A DNA stretch of 64,000 bases. Origin: Callorhinchus milii. Taxonomy: Eukaryota. The stretch spans positions 36,830,001 to 36,894,000 of the forward strand of contig NW_024704743.1 in the NCBI RefSeq assembly GCF_018977255.1, given 5' to 3'. Every line of letters begins with the position of its first letter. The first letter of the stretch is position 1. Shown in pieces: positions 42,324 through 55,135 of the stretch. A program made the translations under genes and the position numbers. The notes below the pieces were generated by a model. It was given only the letters and a program-made list of their open reading frames with translations. It did not search any database and had not been told where the DNA came from.

Positions 42324-43495
42324 TAAATTACATTTTGCTTTGAGATAGTGTTTCATGGTTCATTCAATCAAATCAACACTTTAATAGTTAATTTAGCTAA
42401 ACACTGGCACATTTTCTTTTTTTCCTTCAATTGCAAAGTAAAGATTAAAGTGAAATAAATTAATATTTTCTATATTTTATTTTTAGATGTATTTGGGAGA
42501 CATTAATTTAAGAAATTGACTTTAATGATTACTGGGGGGGCTAATGTGACTTGACTGGGTTCCAATGGAAAGTTTGTTTTCACATGGCCTAATGGAAGAG
42601 TGCTTCAGCAATTTCAGTTCAGTACTTTGAATGAATTACTGATTAGTTAGGAAAAAAGTACAAGCCAGCAACATATCTTGGGGGTTCAGATAATACCAAA
42701 ATAATTGTATAAGAAAGGCTCAAGTGTTTATACTCTATACTGTATCTATTTGCATCTAACATAAAAAAAGTTATCAATCTGCACATGTTTGAATCCACTA
42801 CACAAAACAGATTTGAAAAAATAAAGCCCATTTTTACTGACAATTTTTTTTAAAAAAGTTGCAAGGGAAGTTAGATTAGCTATGAAATAAACTGGAATTT
42901 CTAAAGCTGCTTTTCTAGTATTTATTCTCGCAGTAGAACAGAGGTCAGAATATTGCCGTTTATATAAAAAAGGATTATTGATGCAAAATATTTGACCTGT
43001 TTGTCTAGTGGTGAATACCTGTGACTTAGACAAATCCGTGCAAAAAGATGAGACTTTTATTTATATTGCTAGTGTGCATAATTGGATTTTTTATTGGTGT
43101 AACCTAAAAAATTCTTTGCAACTTACCAGTATTCAATTATTGTATGTTGCTGTGGAGTCCTCCAGGATAAATGGAAATACACAATATCAATCATGTAACT
43201 GGTAGAAGGGTATAATGGCTCTTCACTATAATATTTCTTGACATTCTGTGATGTCAGGTTTAATGTGAATTGTTTTTCTCTTTCCCTCACTTATAATGAA
43301 CTGTAAAGCTCTGTTTTTCACTGCTTTTTGTATGGTAAATCACATTTTTCTTTGCGATAGTGTTTCATTCAATCAAATCAACGCTTTAATTTAATAGTTA
43401 ATTTAGCTAAACACTGGTACATTTTTCTATTTTTTCTTTACTTGCAAATTAAAGATTAAAGTGAAATATAAATTAATATTTTCTATATTTTATTT
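42324..43495. repeat. Pair of ~160-bp diverged direct repeats (42324-42483 and 43336-43495)
   Basis: Shared text GATAGTGTTTCAT..CAATCAAATCAAC..TTTAATAGTTAATTTAGCTAAACACTGG...AAAGATTAAAGTGAAATA..AATTAATATTTTCTATATTTTATTT. Confidence 0.9.
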
Positions 43496-43575
43496 GTATA
43501 TTTCTGTGCATGTCTCATTCCAGTAAAGTTTAATTCCTGAAGAAGTATAATAATTCATAATCATTTGGGGGTATT

Positions 43576-43880
43576 TCCTGGTCTGTTTGGAGTCGGATTG
43601 ATCTCAGCAAGGGCAGCAGTATTGAAACTACAATTTACTTAGCATCCCTAGGCTAGGAAGGGGTAAAAATAGGTAGGTAGGTTGCCACCCGGGTGCGATC
43701 TCTTAATTCCTGCTCAATAATGTGCATGTGGGGACTTTGGGTGAGAATGAGAACAGGATCAAGCTGAGCTCTGATGCCCTTCATAGTCGGCCAGCTTGCT
43801 AATGTTTACAATCCAGGCTCACACATAAAGAATGGTTACCAACAAGGGCTACAGCCACCCTTGGGACTGTATTGGAGCAA
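43576..43880 (+). mobile_element. LF-SINE-like relic
   Basis: GAGAACAGGATCAAGCTGAGCTCTGATGCCCT...CCAGGCTCACACATAAAGAATGG resembles the recalled LF-SINE consensus. Confidence 0.65.
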
Positions 43881-46800
43881 AATACACCACTATAAGGAAA
43901 GAAGGGAGGGGTGGGGGGGTGGCAATTGGGGGGAAAACAATCTTGGTAAACTAGATATGTAATTATAATAGTTCAACTATGCTATGGGATGATTACCTAG
44001 TCAACACATTTTAAAATCCCCGAGTTTTCATTGAAATGCTTATTAGTAAAAGTGGTTCTTACAATAGATTTGTATGTCAACTTCACAAAGTATGAAGTGT
44101 ACCACAAAAGGCATCATTTATATAATACACCAAGATCATATTTTTTCTAAAGAGTGCATTAATTTCAAAACACGATGAGCAGTTAGTGTTTATATTTAGG
44201 TTCCTGATACTCTCTATTGAACAATACTGCATTTTAAAAAAAGGACATTTCAATTCATAATTGAAATATCACATTTGTACATTAATTTCCCATCAACATT
44301 ACAAAGCCCCCACATTGCACACAATATTTGGACATCTCCTAATGTATTTTTTAGATCCTGTATTCTTTAGCAACATTTTTTGGGCCTATATGCAATGATT
44401 AAGTTGTTTCTAAAACCAACCTGTATCTCAAGATTTTCTGTTACAACCACAGAAAAGTGAATAGTATATCTATGCGTCTTTTGTTGCTATATTTAACCAT
44501 GATCCTCCCTGGCTCTTTTGTTTAAAAGATTCAAGGTGATTTTATGGACCGTCGTACAACTGAAAATCAACTTAATATTTACAAAAGGAGCAGAGGATCT
44601 TGATAAACTGTGGCTACCAATGTGTCAAAATACCAGTCAAACCTTTTAGTTTAATTTAGAAAGAATACGTGTATTATTTGTATAAAATTATTTGTTAGAG
44701 ATACAACATAAAATCTAGATTCGCACCAAAGAACTGTCTAAAATATTTAAGGAATCTTGCTAAATTCTATCATTGCAATTGTTGAAAGTCATAATATTAA
44801 TGGAATACTTTGTTCCGTATTAAAAATATATTTAACCTAATATAAGAATTAATCAAATAATTCACATGCATACAGATAGATTCTGTGTGCACCGTATTCA
44901 TCCGGCATTGCTAGGCACACTATATACACATGCACACAACAGCGTATGTATGTCACATTCGCATATGTGTGTACATACACATTAAAATGATACTGAATGA
45001 TTACAAGTGTCTGTACACAATGAATGAAAAGTTCTTCTACAGATTGCACAACTATCACAATAGCTTCTGTTTATTGTACTAGAAGCAAGCTGAGTTAATG
45101 TGGACAGATGTTTTTATATACTTAAGTTATTTGAAAAACTGCCACAGACATTCTAATTTGGTACGTAAAATTATTCCTGGAAAGCTAAACATAGTTGTAT
45201 CATAATAATAAAAACTCCTTCAAGACATTCTTTCTATTCAATCTTACTTCTATGAAGTTAACCACCAACGTTCTTCTATTATTTTGTATTATTGCTTTCT
45301 GTACATGAATGTTTATGAAATTAGTACTGATTTTGTGGCCTTTATACCAAAATTATTAGCGAAGCGTAGAAGGTCCTTTTTAACTCTTTCGACCCTGCAG
45401 AAGCAATTTCACATCAAAATAATAACATTGAGGATGGAGGGGAAAAAAATAAAATGTTTGATTTTAGTCTATTAATAAACTAGTTTGAAGTAAAACATAT
45501 TGCGCGCTTCTATAATTCAAATTTACAATGTGAAGTATTAGAAATATAGTCACTGTTTTGAATGCGTAAAACACTACCATCTTTACACAAAGAAGATGAC
45601 TGCAGCAGTCGACCAACGCCTTCATTCATGGAAACAAGGAAAGCTTTGGAGAAATGAGCCCAAGTATAAAATATTAGGAAATTACTCACGGGCTTGAACA
45701 TGTAGATTAGAAAGTCGGACACATCATATTTGAAAAAGTAGTGAAAATAGCGTGTCGTGTGAGTTGACGAAACAAAACAAAAAAAGGTAGTGCTCTTTGA
45801 CTTATTAATAGAGGAAAGTGGGCATGTAGCACACACTATTGTCTTTAAAAAAAGGTTTCCTTTTCTGGAATGTCACAGTACATAAAACCAAAATGCTGCT
45901 ATTTTGAAGTTGTTAATGTCTGTCTCTCTCATTTCAAAACGGGTCGAGGCTTTAATCCTTGAAAAGATTGAAGACGTTGCAGTTACAAGAAAGACTAGAT
46001 TCTCAAAGGATTCTGGGACTGCGGATGTGGACTGCGACAAAATGTTTCAATAATAAGAACAAATATTTAAAATCGCAAAAAACTTCAAAACAAAGCAACA
46101 GCAGAATCGTTCGCGGTCCAATATCAATCGCACATTTAATTATTTTCTGTACAAAATGTATCCTTTGTATGCGTTTCCCAGTTAATCCAAATTTAAAGCT
46201 CACTTACACATCCAGAGCACGCAGATGCATGGAATCGATAATTTTTGATCTTCTGGTTAGCAGACGACATGGTGAGCTATTGCGGTGACTGCAGGCAGCA
46301 GACATGTTCTTGTCAATCACAAAATGTATTTTGAACACCCGAGATGGCCAGCATTTTCTCAAATGAAGGAAAATAGCACTAAAATCTTTTAACTTAAAAA
46401 TCCCCGACAATGAAAATGTACGAATCATTCATTGATTCAAATTATAACACTTTCATACAGAGAGAACGGATGATCTGAATATAATCACATCTCGCTGGGT
46501 CTGTGGCTTCTATTTAGAGAAATTACACAGAGGGCAAGTTCTTAAGAACATCCCTGCTGTGCAGAGTGAAAACCATGAACAAACCAAAGACAGAATTCAT
46601 CTGTGTATATTATCGACAATGAAAACCTAGCTTCGTATGCCTTTTTTCAATACATTGTGAAAACCGAGCTATTCTTTTTTCCCCTCCTCCTAAACCCTCT
46701 CCAACCCAACTCTGCGGATAATCAATGTTCTCCTTGTGACTATTAGAATAACATTCGCTCGTACAAATTCAACCCGCGCCATCTTTGTTTGAATGTTCTT

Positions 46801-48269
46801 TCACCCTCACTGTTAAAATTAGCGAGAGAAAATAAGATTCACCTGATAAAAGGGAATTTAAATGCCGGGCCACTTCACTGCCGATGTTATTGAACGTGCA
46901 TTTTTAAGACAGTATGAAACAAAGACAACTCCCCCACCCCCCGAAAAAAAAGCATTGGGAATGTTTTTGAGCAAACGTAACCTGGTGTAGACAATGCAGA
47001 TTTATATGTGCTTTTGGAGAGGGTGAAAGAGCAGCTGCAACCCAGACAGGAGTAAGTAGTAAGCTAATTAAAGGGGTACAACAAATGTATGAGCTGCAGG
47101 TGCTTGTTCTTTGAACTTCAAAACCCAATACTTATGACTAATGTAGTGATCATTTTTTAGCAATGTGCAGAAGCTAAATTTATAGCAGACTGTTTTAGTT
47201 TATTTTTGTTTTGTTTTTATTTAACATTTGATAGTCTCAATTCTATGACACGAGAACGTGGCACAATAGCAGATATGCGTTTTGGGATGACAAAGATGCC
47301 TCCCCAATAAATATGTAAATGTTGGAGCTCATTGAGCTGATTCCTGCTCTGCCTGTACTTGATAACGGATCTGATACACCCTTAGGTATGATGTGATGCT
47401 CTGGCACAAAATGGAGCTGGTAAGTGATAAAGCTCCCACAAGAGATATAAAGAAAAGCGAATGGCACTTAGTAAACACAAAGACCATGAAATCAAACCAT
47501 TAAAAAAACTATCAATGAGCTAGTGAATTTCTCTTATTTGGCAAGACTGGTACGATAAATATTGCTTTAAAATATTCCTTTAGCGCTCCACATTTTGTGA
47601 TATCAAGTGATGATTTTTCGCCATGAGGTAAACCGTGGTGTTTTTCTGGAACTTTTTTTCATGTTATTAACAGAAGATTAAGATCTTGGATGTGAAAAAA
47701 GCCTGGTGGAATCATGCAGGCTTGTCTCAGCAGGAACAGATTTAGGCACGGTTTGTCTACCGTGAGTTCCATGAACACATGAAAGGGTTTGGCTCATGAC
47801 GGGAGAAAGCTGGACTGGGGTGAGTCCCTGCTGCTCTCATGCTTGGTATAAAGAGAGCCCAGCAGTTTGGCTTCCTTAACCTTTAACGACATGCTCGGTT
47901 CCCCTCCCCCGTGACTCTTCAACAACTTGTAGAGAAATACAGTCTCCAATCTGAAGAATGTACAGGGACATGAATGCACTAAAAGAAAACCTCCCGCATT
48001 GCTGTGTGCTATCTTATCAATATTTATTAAGCAGACATTTTAAAATCACGTTTTAAAACGATTTGAAAAATTGTGAAAAACGCCACTTTATTTTTTAGAA
48101 AATGACATTGAATCATTACCCCCTTGTTTTATTTGATCTCATTATGTTGTCCACCAACCAAAGCTCATTTGGCTTTCTAACAAAAGACCGACTCCCAAAC
48201 TTTTGCCTATGTGGCTTTATATGCTTTTGCCTGTTAAAATACCATTACCCAATGGCTGAATAGTCTGTT

Positions 48270-48570
48270 GGCTCTGGAACTCCATCCCCCAGTGCCTTCG
48301 CCTTGCTTCCTCCCTCTCCTCCTTCAAGGCCAGTCTCAAAACCTTTCTCTTTGACCGAGCCTTCAGCTCCCCTCTCGACTCTCTTCCCCTCCTCGCTCCC
48401 TCCCTTCCCTCCCCTCACCCTGACCATTTCCCCCTCCTCGCTCCCTCCCTTCCCTCCCCTCACCCTGACCATTTCCCCCCTGCTCGGGTCCTGACCCAAC
48501 TGTGCAGCGCCTTGGGACGTCCTCCTGACGTGAAAGGCGCTTTATAAATGGAATCTTGTTGTTGTTGTTA
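48270..48570 (+). mobile_element. L2 LINE 3' end containing a 45-bp tandem duplication (48386-48479)
   Basis: CTCTGGAACTCCATCCCC...CTCAAAACCTTTCTCTTTGACC, stem-loop tail and (GTT)n. Confidence 0.85.
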
Positions 48571-49039
48571 ACACTCAGCACCGAGACTCACATGTGAAAA
48601 AGGTCACGTGGCGAGGTAAAGAGAATGGAGTCACTGCTTTCATGACAGGAAAGGATGAGAGAAAACTTGGTCCCTAACTTAGCTTGACTTGTGCACTGAT
48701 CTGGGAACTTCCAGGTTACATTGTTCAGTTTCATTCTAGATCAGTGACGAATAGTTGGGAAGAGTGGTGAGAGCCCTAACTTGGCTGCAGTATGCCTGGT
48801 CAAGGGAGGGAAAGAGGTCAACGGCAGTTTGTACTCCTGATCACTGTACGATGTCTCGCTTTCTTTTGGAGACTGGACGGTGTGGGTATGGACATTCAGG
48901 AAGTATAGCATTGGCTGATTTGACTTCCCCACAGTTAAATCGTCTACTGGTGTTGATTGTCCAGGCTGACATGAAGAATGGTTGTTTGGGCCAAGTACCT
49001 GAGCTTGCACCCCCTGACCCCATTACAATTCATTTTATG

Positions 49040-49399
49040 TAATAATAATAATCCTTGCATTTGATATAGCGCCTTATCACGTCTTCGATAGCCTCAAAGC
49101 ACTTCACAGAATATACTGTAAAGTGAATTGACTGTATATTTTGTGGGCAAAATGCAGCAGCCAATTGCACACAGCAGTGTCCCACAAACAGTCATGGGTT
49201 GAGTGACCGATTTATTTATTTTTTGAAAAATTATTGCCCACGTAAAAGCGATCCGCCAATCGACTAAGAACCAGGTTCCTACTTGCTGCTAGGTAAACAG
49301 AGGCATGTGGAGTAAGGAAACTTGCCCAACGTATCACCCCGCCAGGAATCAAACCCAGGTCTCTCGCTTGCTGAGCTATCCACTGAGCTATAGGACTCC
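49040..49399 (-). mobile_element. tRNA-Ala-like SINE (long subtype)
   Basis: Head GGAGTCCTATAGCTCAGTGG, central CCTCTGTTTACCTAGCAGCAAGTAGGAACC segment, shared tail. Related copies at 57643-57940 (-) and 21515-21650 (-, head only). Confidence 0.85.
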
Positions 49400-50507
49400 T
49401 AATAAGAGAGAATGTTGTAAGGGGAGAAAAGGATCCGGTTTGAAAAAATATTATTAGACGCTTAATTTAATATTGTATTTTGTGTTGCAAATTTGCCATA
49501 TCAATGGTACTAGCACAAGTTGTTTAGTGGTTGCGCATAAACCTCTTTTAAATATAGCGCCCACATTTTTCATTAAGACTGCCAGCTCTTTCATTGAGAT
49601 GTTTTGCTTTTTTAACAGAACACTGGAGTATTTCAAAGGAAATGTGGTGCATTGTTGATTTTCATGCCAGATCTTTCATATCCACACGACTATAAACTGG
49701 CTAATAAAAACAATACTGCTCCATGTAAAACTACTCTGAATTACTCTTGTGTCTGTTGTTGGGAGAAGGTGGGGCGAATAGAGTTATTTCCTTTCTTTGT
49801 GATCCTTGCAATTTTGTAGCTACCATCGAATGCCCGGCCTCTCTTGTTTTGTACGGTTGAATACACGGGAATCCCAGCTTGGTATAGGTTGCAGAGATAT
49901 GCTATAAGTGCTGCAAAGAAAAATATTTTTGCTGATTGATCAAACTCCTGTAAGAGCTTGTGTTTGAGAAATTGTAGTCTCAATGGTTTCAGTTTTAGTG
50001 AAACTGAAACCCACCCATACTGTATTTACATTGAAGTGCCAACCTCAACGTACTGTTTATTGCAATGAACTCTCGTAAGCTCTCTGGATTGATCTATTTT
50101 ACATTTATTTTAACACCATCACGATCACCGATGATAAACATTTGCTTTACACCAGGAAAGGCACTTGTGTCAGACAAATTAAATGCAGCTAGTTTCCTGC
50201 AGGATAAAGCTGCATCAATTTTAGGGTAAATTACTATCCATTCGATACAAACACAATAGCAAAATGTTGAGAGCTGCAAGTTTCATTTACAATCTATCCT
50301 GTTAGATGCTGATTTATTCTGTTAAATGCTGATCCCACCAAGAGCAACAGTGAAGATGCTAGAGTTGGCATTATTGGCCCTGTGAGTGAGGACAGCGTGT
50401 CCCTCCTCAGTGTGTGTCTTAATATTGAGCAAAACCAGGATCAGAATTCACTATAAACCCTCCAAGGTCGAAGATACTGACCCAGCTGTTCAGTTAGCAT
50501 AAACCAC

Positions 50508-51380
50508 CAGTGTGAGACAGCAATAAACAAGGCAAACAGGATGCTGGGTACATTGCAAAATCAACTGGGTTCAGATCGCCAGATGTCATACTCAAGCTGT
50601 ATAGTGCTTTGGTTAGACCCCAACTACAACAATAACAACAATTTACATTTATATAGAGCTCTTCATAAAGAACAATGTCTCAGAGGTTATAATAATGAAG
50701 CAAATTGTGAGCAGGGGAGGGGGGAAAGGGATGACCATAGGCATGATCAAAGAGGTTGGTTTTAAGGTGGGACTTGACAACGGATAGAAAGCAGTGAGAC
50801 AGAGGGGTTCAGGGAGTTCCAGAGGTCAGGGGTTAGAATTGGAAAACTGAGACACTGATGGTGGTGTGGGTAAGGCAGGAACAACCAGTATGTCCGAGTT
50901 AACCAATCAGTGGAGTGAGGATTTGTAGGTGAGGGTGAGGATCTTGGAGATCAATCCACTGAGTGACAGGGAGCCAATGTAATCTGGCATGGACTGGGGT
51001 GATGGAGGTGAAGAAATGCAGTCTTGGTCAGAGACCAGCTGTGAGAGAGAAAAGTGAGCTGAGATTTGAACCGAGTGCCAAGGAAGTGCACTGGTTAGTG
51101 AGTTTGAGAGAGAGGACAGGAAGGTTGAAAAGGTCAGAGGCCAGAAGTGAGGAGACATTGGTGGAAGCCAAGGAAGATGGCTTCAGTCTTGTCCATGTTT
51201 AGTTGCCCAGGACCTTGAAGCAGTGCAGAAGAGAGCAATGAGGATGATCCCAAATGTTAGAGGAATGAATTATGTGCAGTAATTAGACAAGCTTGGGCTC
51301 TTCAATCTGAAGAGAAGACATCTCAGGCGCAACTTAGAGAGGTGTATAAAATTATAAATGGGATTGAAAAAGTAAACATT
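50508..51380 (+). mobile_element. CR1 LINE fragment (50508-50626 and 51206-51380) interrupted by an antisense L2 fragment (50627-51205)
   Basis: CR1 part: QCETAINKANRMLG..VILKLYSALVRPQL and LEAVQKRAMRMIP..LDKLGLFNL..VYKIINGIEKV. L2 part (minus): QLNMDKTEAIFLG, LHWLPV and a (GTT)n tail. Confidence 0.85.
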
Positions 51381-51746
51381 GCCTTCATTTTTAGTTGTTG
51401 CACTCAGCATATGTGTTCATGCTCCAAATGCTCCTGCCTTCTCATTGCCCGACCAGTGACAGTACAGCCAGGAGCTGTGTGTGCTCCACCATGATTGGAG
51501 GTGGGGAGAATGACAGGCATTTTATTCCAGCCCTGTGCAAGGTACCTACATTGAATTTTCATACCCATGACTTTACACAACATTTCCCGCTAAACCCATG
51601 ACTTTTACTAAATTTACTCGACCTGCTCCATGATTTTTGATTAAAAAACAACACTGTGACAAAGCTGCAGCCCTACTGGTGATAAACTGTAAGGTCAAAG
51701 ATCTGATTTTCCTGGAAGATCTGAAGGACTTTAAAAACATAATGGC

Positions 51747-52147
51747 CTGGCTCAGTTTGTAGTACTCTCACTTCTGAGTCAGAAAGGTGAAGGTTCAACT
51801 CATATAGTTCAGATCACACTCCAGTGCAGTGCTGGGCATGTGCTGCATTGATGGAGCTGCCGTCTTTTGGATGAGATGTTAAACCAAGATTCTGTCTGCC
51901 TGTTCAGTCCAACTTTAAAGATCCCAATTGCAAAAGAGAAAGAAGTATCTACCAGTGTCCTGGCCAGCAATGCTCCAAATAAAATTGGTCATTCACCCCA
52001 TTGTGGGACATTGCTGTGCACAAATTGGCTACAGTGTTCGCCTGCAAAATACACAGTTACTGCACTTTACAGTAAATTCTATGAACTGCTTTGAGACATC
52101 CTCCCAACGGGAAAGGCACCATGACAAATGTAAGGATTATTGTTATT
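51747..52147 (+). mobile_element. Deu-domain SINE, full length
   Basis: Same head, core and tail as 2667-3085. Other copies or fragments at about 5210-5360(+), 13310-13452(+), 16930-17260(-), 23630-23935(-), 27960-28450(-), 30445-30730(+), 52380-52690(-), 56865-56920(+), 60745-61070(-) and 63375-63670(-). Confidence 0.75.
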
Positions 52148-54384
52148 TTGAGTCCAACAAAGAATGATTACTTCATACAGCAGTGAATTGCGATCCCTGA
52201 GCTCAACTCAAGGCAGCTAGAGCTATTCCGCAGTTAATTGGTGGCGAGAGAATCCTGCAAAGTAAGGTTCCCCGTGTTATGTTGCACAAATGTGCTTTGA
52301 CAGCCCCCCCAACCCACACCCCACCTTTAGAAAATTACTGTTTAGCACATTATAATAATTTAATAATTCCATTTAGTGATAATACTTATATTTGATATAG
52401 GATCTGTAATTTCAAAATGCTTCACAGGGAATTGTTGTCAAATGCCATGACTATGTACTTGTAGGCAGGGTCCTACAAGCAGCCATGAAGTGAATGATCA
52501 ATTAACCTGGAGGATTATTAGCCAGAATATCAGGAGAAAGTCTCTTCTGTTTTCAAATAGTGGCATGGAACCTGCACAGACAGGCAGGACCTCAGTTTAG
52601 CATCCCATCCAAAGGACAGCACCTCCGACAATGCAGGGTTTCTCCAAAACTCTTTGGAATATCAGCCAAGAATGTGAGCTCAAATTCCCGAAACAACCAT
52701 CCTTGTCTGAATGAGACACGCAGTTTAGTGTTGAATTATGGGCACTTTTTTTGCTGCAGACAAACAGCAACTAAAAACTGGATTGAGAATGCTGAAGCAT
52801 TACTCACTAAGGACCTTTACAGTCAACAGAGATTTACATCCCATCAGTCCAGTCTCGATTCGACCAGAGGTCCCGAAGTGAAAGGTTAGTGTTTGAACTC
52901 ATCCTCAGTGTAAAATCGATCAGTTCATTGGCAGCCCCATCAATAATAAAACTCATCACTGTAAAGAAAACAAATTGTATTTCTTTGTAACATTGAATGT
53001 TTTAAAACTAAAAGGGTTGGTAGTGTGGAGCACATCGCTGACTGTCATTTGTATTCAGCTGCTACAACTGGGACGAGTTTCATCTGTTCTCTGTCAGGTT
53101 ATGAGCTGACATTTCCTTTTGATAACAGAGCCAGCGATATTCTCTCATGGGTGGGGGTCGTGGGGGGTGTGTGTGGAGGGGGAAGAGGCAACAAATGTTG
53201 TTTATTGACACTTGAATGAACAAGGCTCCTGTCACCTATTTATTGGTCTTTGCTGCAAGGTTTGTAGCCTGGCCTGGTTTGGTTATTTACAACTACCCTA
53301 ACTCATCCCTACAAGACCCAACCAAACAGATTGCACTTTATGTAGCCTTTCATGTAGGCTGAATGTCTCAACGCACTTCACAAAGACGATTGGAATCACT
53401 GATGAGAGAGGAGGGGAGGGGGGATTTGAGTGTGACTCGAAGTGTGGTGAAAGAGACACATTTTTAAGAGTGTTTTGAAGAGAGAAAAGGTGTATGATGA
53501 AAGGATTTTGAGAGAGAGAGTTTCAGAGAGCTGGGAGTAATGGTGGAAGATTTGGCTACCGATTCTGGGATGGAGGTAGCGAGGAAGGAGGTGAGTAGTC
53601 TGGATGGAGGGAGGTACAACAAAAATCAAAGGTAAAGAACGTACTTCTTCTGTTTGAATTTAGTCATGAACCTTTCTACAACGAATGCAACAAAAATGTT
53701 CAGTGAAATGTTCCGAGAGGTAAATAATCATCAGGCAAGTAAATAGGAATGTAACGGGTGTTGTCTGAAGGAATGATGGAAATAGCTCACAGTGAAGTGG
53801 CAAGTAAACTGGTGACATATCAAATGCCTGCATACTGTGCTGATAGCAGCTGCGTGACAAGGCAAACAGCATGCCCTGATTGGATAGTGGCCTTGAAGGA
53901 CCAATGCTAGGTTCCCTGCTGAGTGACCTTGAAAGTGGAAGCAAATTGATAAGAAAGATGGCCTCTGGGGTCCAGCATAAATTTAGAAATTCATAATGTA
54001 ACAATTAGGAATGTATCCAGATGTGCTGGAGGCAGCCTTTCTCCCCACCCCCCCCCCCCCCCCACACCTCCCTTCAGTCTGTGAAGTTGGGTCATGCATT
54101 TGACTTCCGTTTCGTGGAACGTGGTATTCGGTAGCTTGTCCAGCGGGAAAGCAATTTACTCTAAGTTTTTTGTATTTGGTACAAAGTCATGATATTCAAG
54201 TCAGACATCAAATGTCCTATCTGGCCTTACAATCACTGAGGACAGTGTCAAGGCATCTAACCTCCTGCATAATCACCAGATACATTCCTGATTGATAATT
54301 ATGTATTTCTAAACTTAAACCATATGTTAGACCTCTTCTATGTACGGGGCTCTGCAAAAAGCTCTGGACTTGAACATACATTTC

Positions 54385-55135
54385 TAATAATAATAATCAT
54401 TGCACTTCATACAGCACCTTTTATGTCAGGAGGACATCCCAAAGCATTTCACAGGATAAACTGTAAATTGAAGTGACTGTGTTTTGAGGTGAAATTAGCA
54501 GCCAAGTTGTGCAGAGCAATGTCCCACAAAAGCCATGAAGTGAGTGATCAATTTTATTGGGGGATCGTTAGCCAGAACGCTGGGAAACAACTCCCTTCTC
54601 TTTACGAGAAGTGCCATGGATCTTTAACATCCACCTGAATAGAAAGATAGCACGTCGGTTTAACGTCTTATCCAAATACAGGACCTCCGACACACACATC
54701 CTGTAGCTCAGTGGTTAGAGCACTCGCTTTGCAAGTGAGAGACCTGAGTTCAATTCCAGGCAGAGGGCGAAACCTTGGGCAAGTTTCCTTACTCCACACG
54801 TCTAATAATAATCCCTCCAAAACCAAAAACAATAATAAATTGGTCATTTTCAATCCATGACTGTTTGTGGGACATTGCTGTGCGCAATTGGCTGCCGCGT
54901 TCGCCCACAAATATACAGTCAATTCACTTTACAGTATATTCTGTGAAGCGCTTTGGGACGTCAAGAAGACATGAAAAGCGCTATATCAAATGCAAGGATT
55001 ATTATTATTATTATCCACAGCACTTTCATTGGAGTGTCAGTCTAGACAATATGAGTTCCAAGTCCCAACATAAGGCTTGAACCCACCGTGTTCTTTCTCA
55101 GAGATGAGTGCTGCCAACTGAGCCATCCTGACACA
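54385..55135 (-). mobile_element. Deu-domain SINE split by the younger SINE at 54699-55014
   Basis: Tail and core at 54385-54698 and head at 55015-55135 are collinear once the insert is removed. Confidence 0.8.
54699..55014 (+). mobile_element. Near full-length tRNA-Ala-like SINE (short subtype)
   Basis: Highly similar to 18942-19257; (TTA)n tail. Confidence 0.9.
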
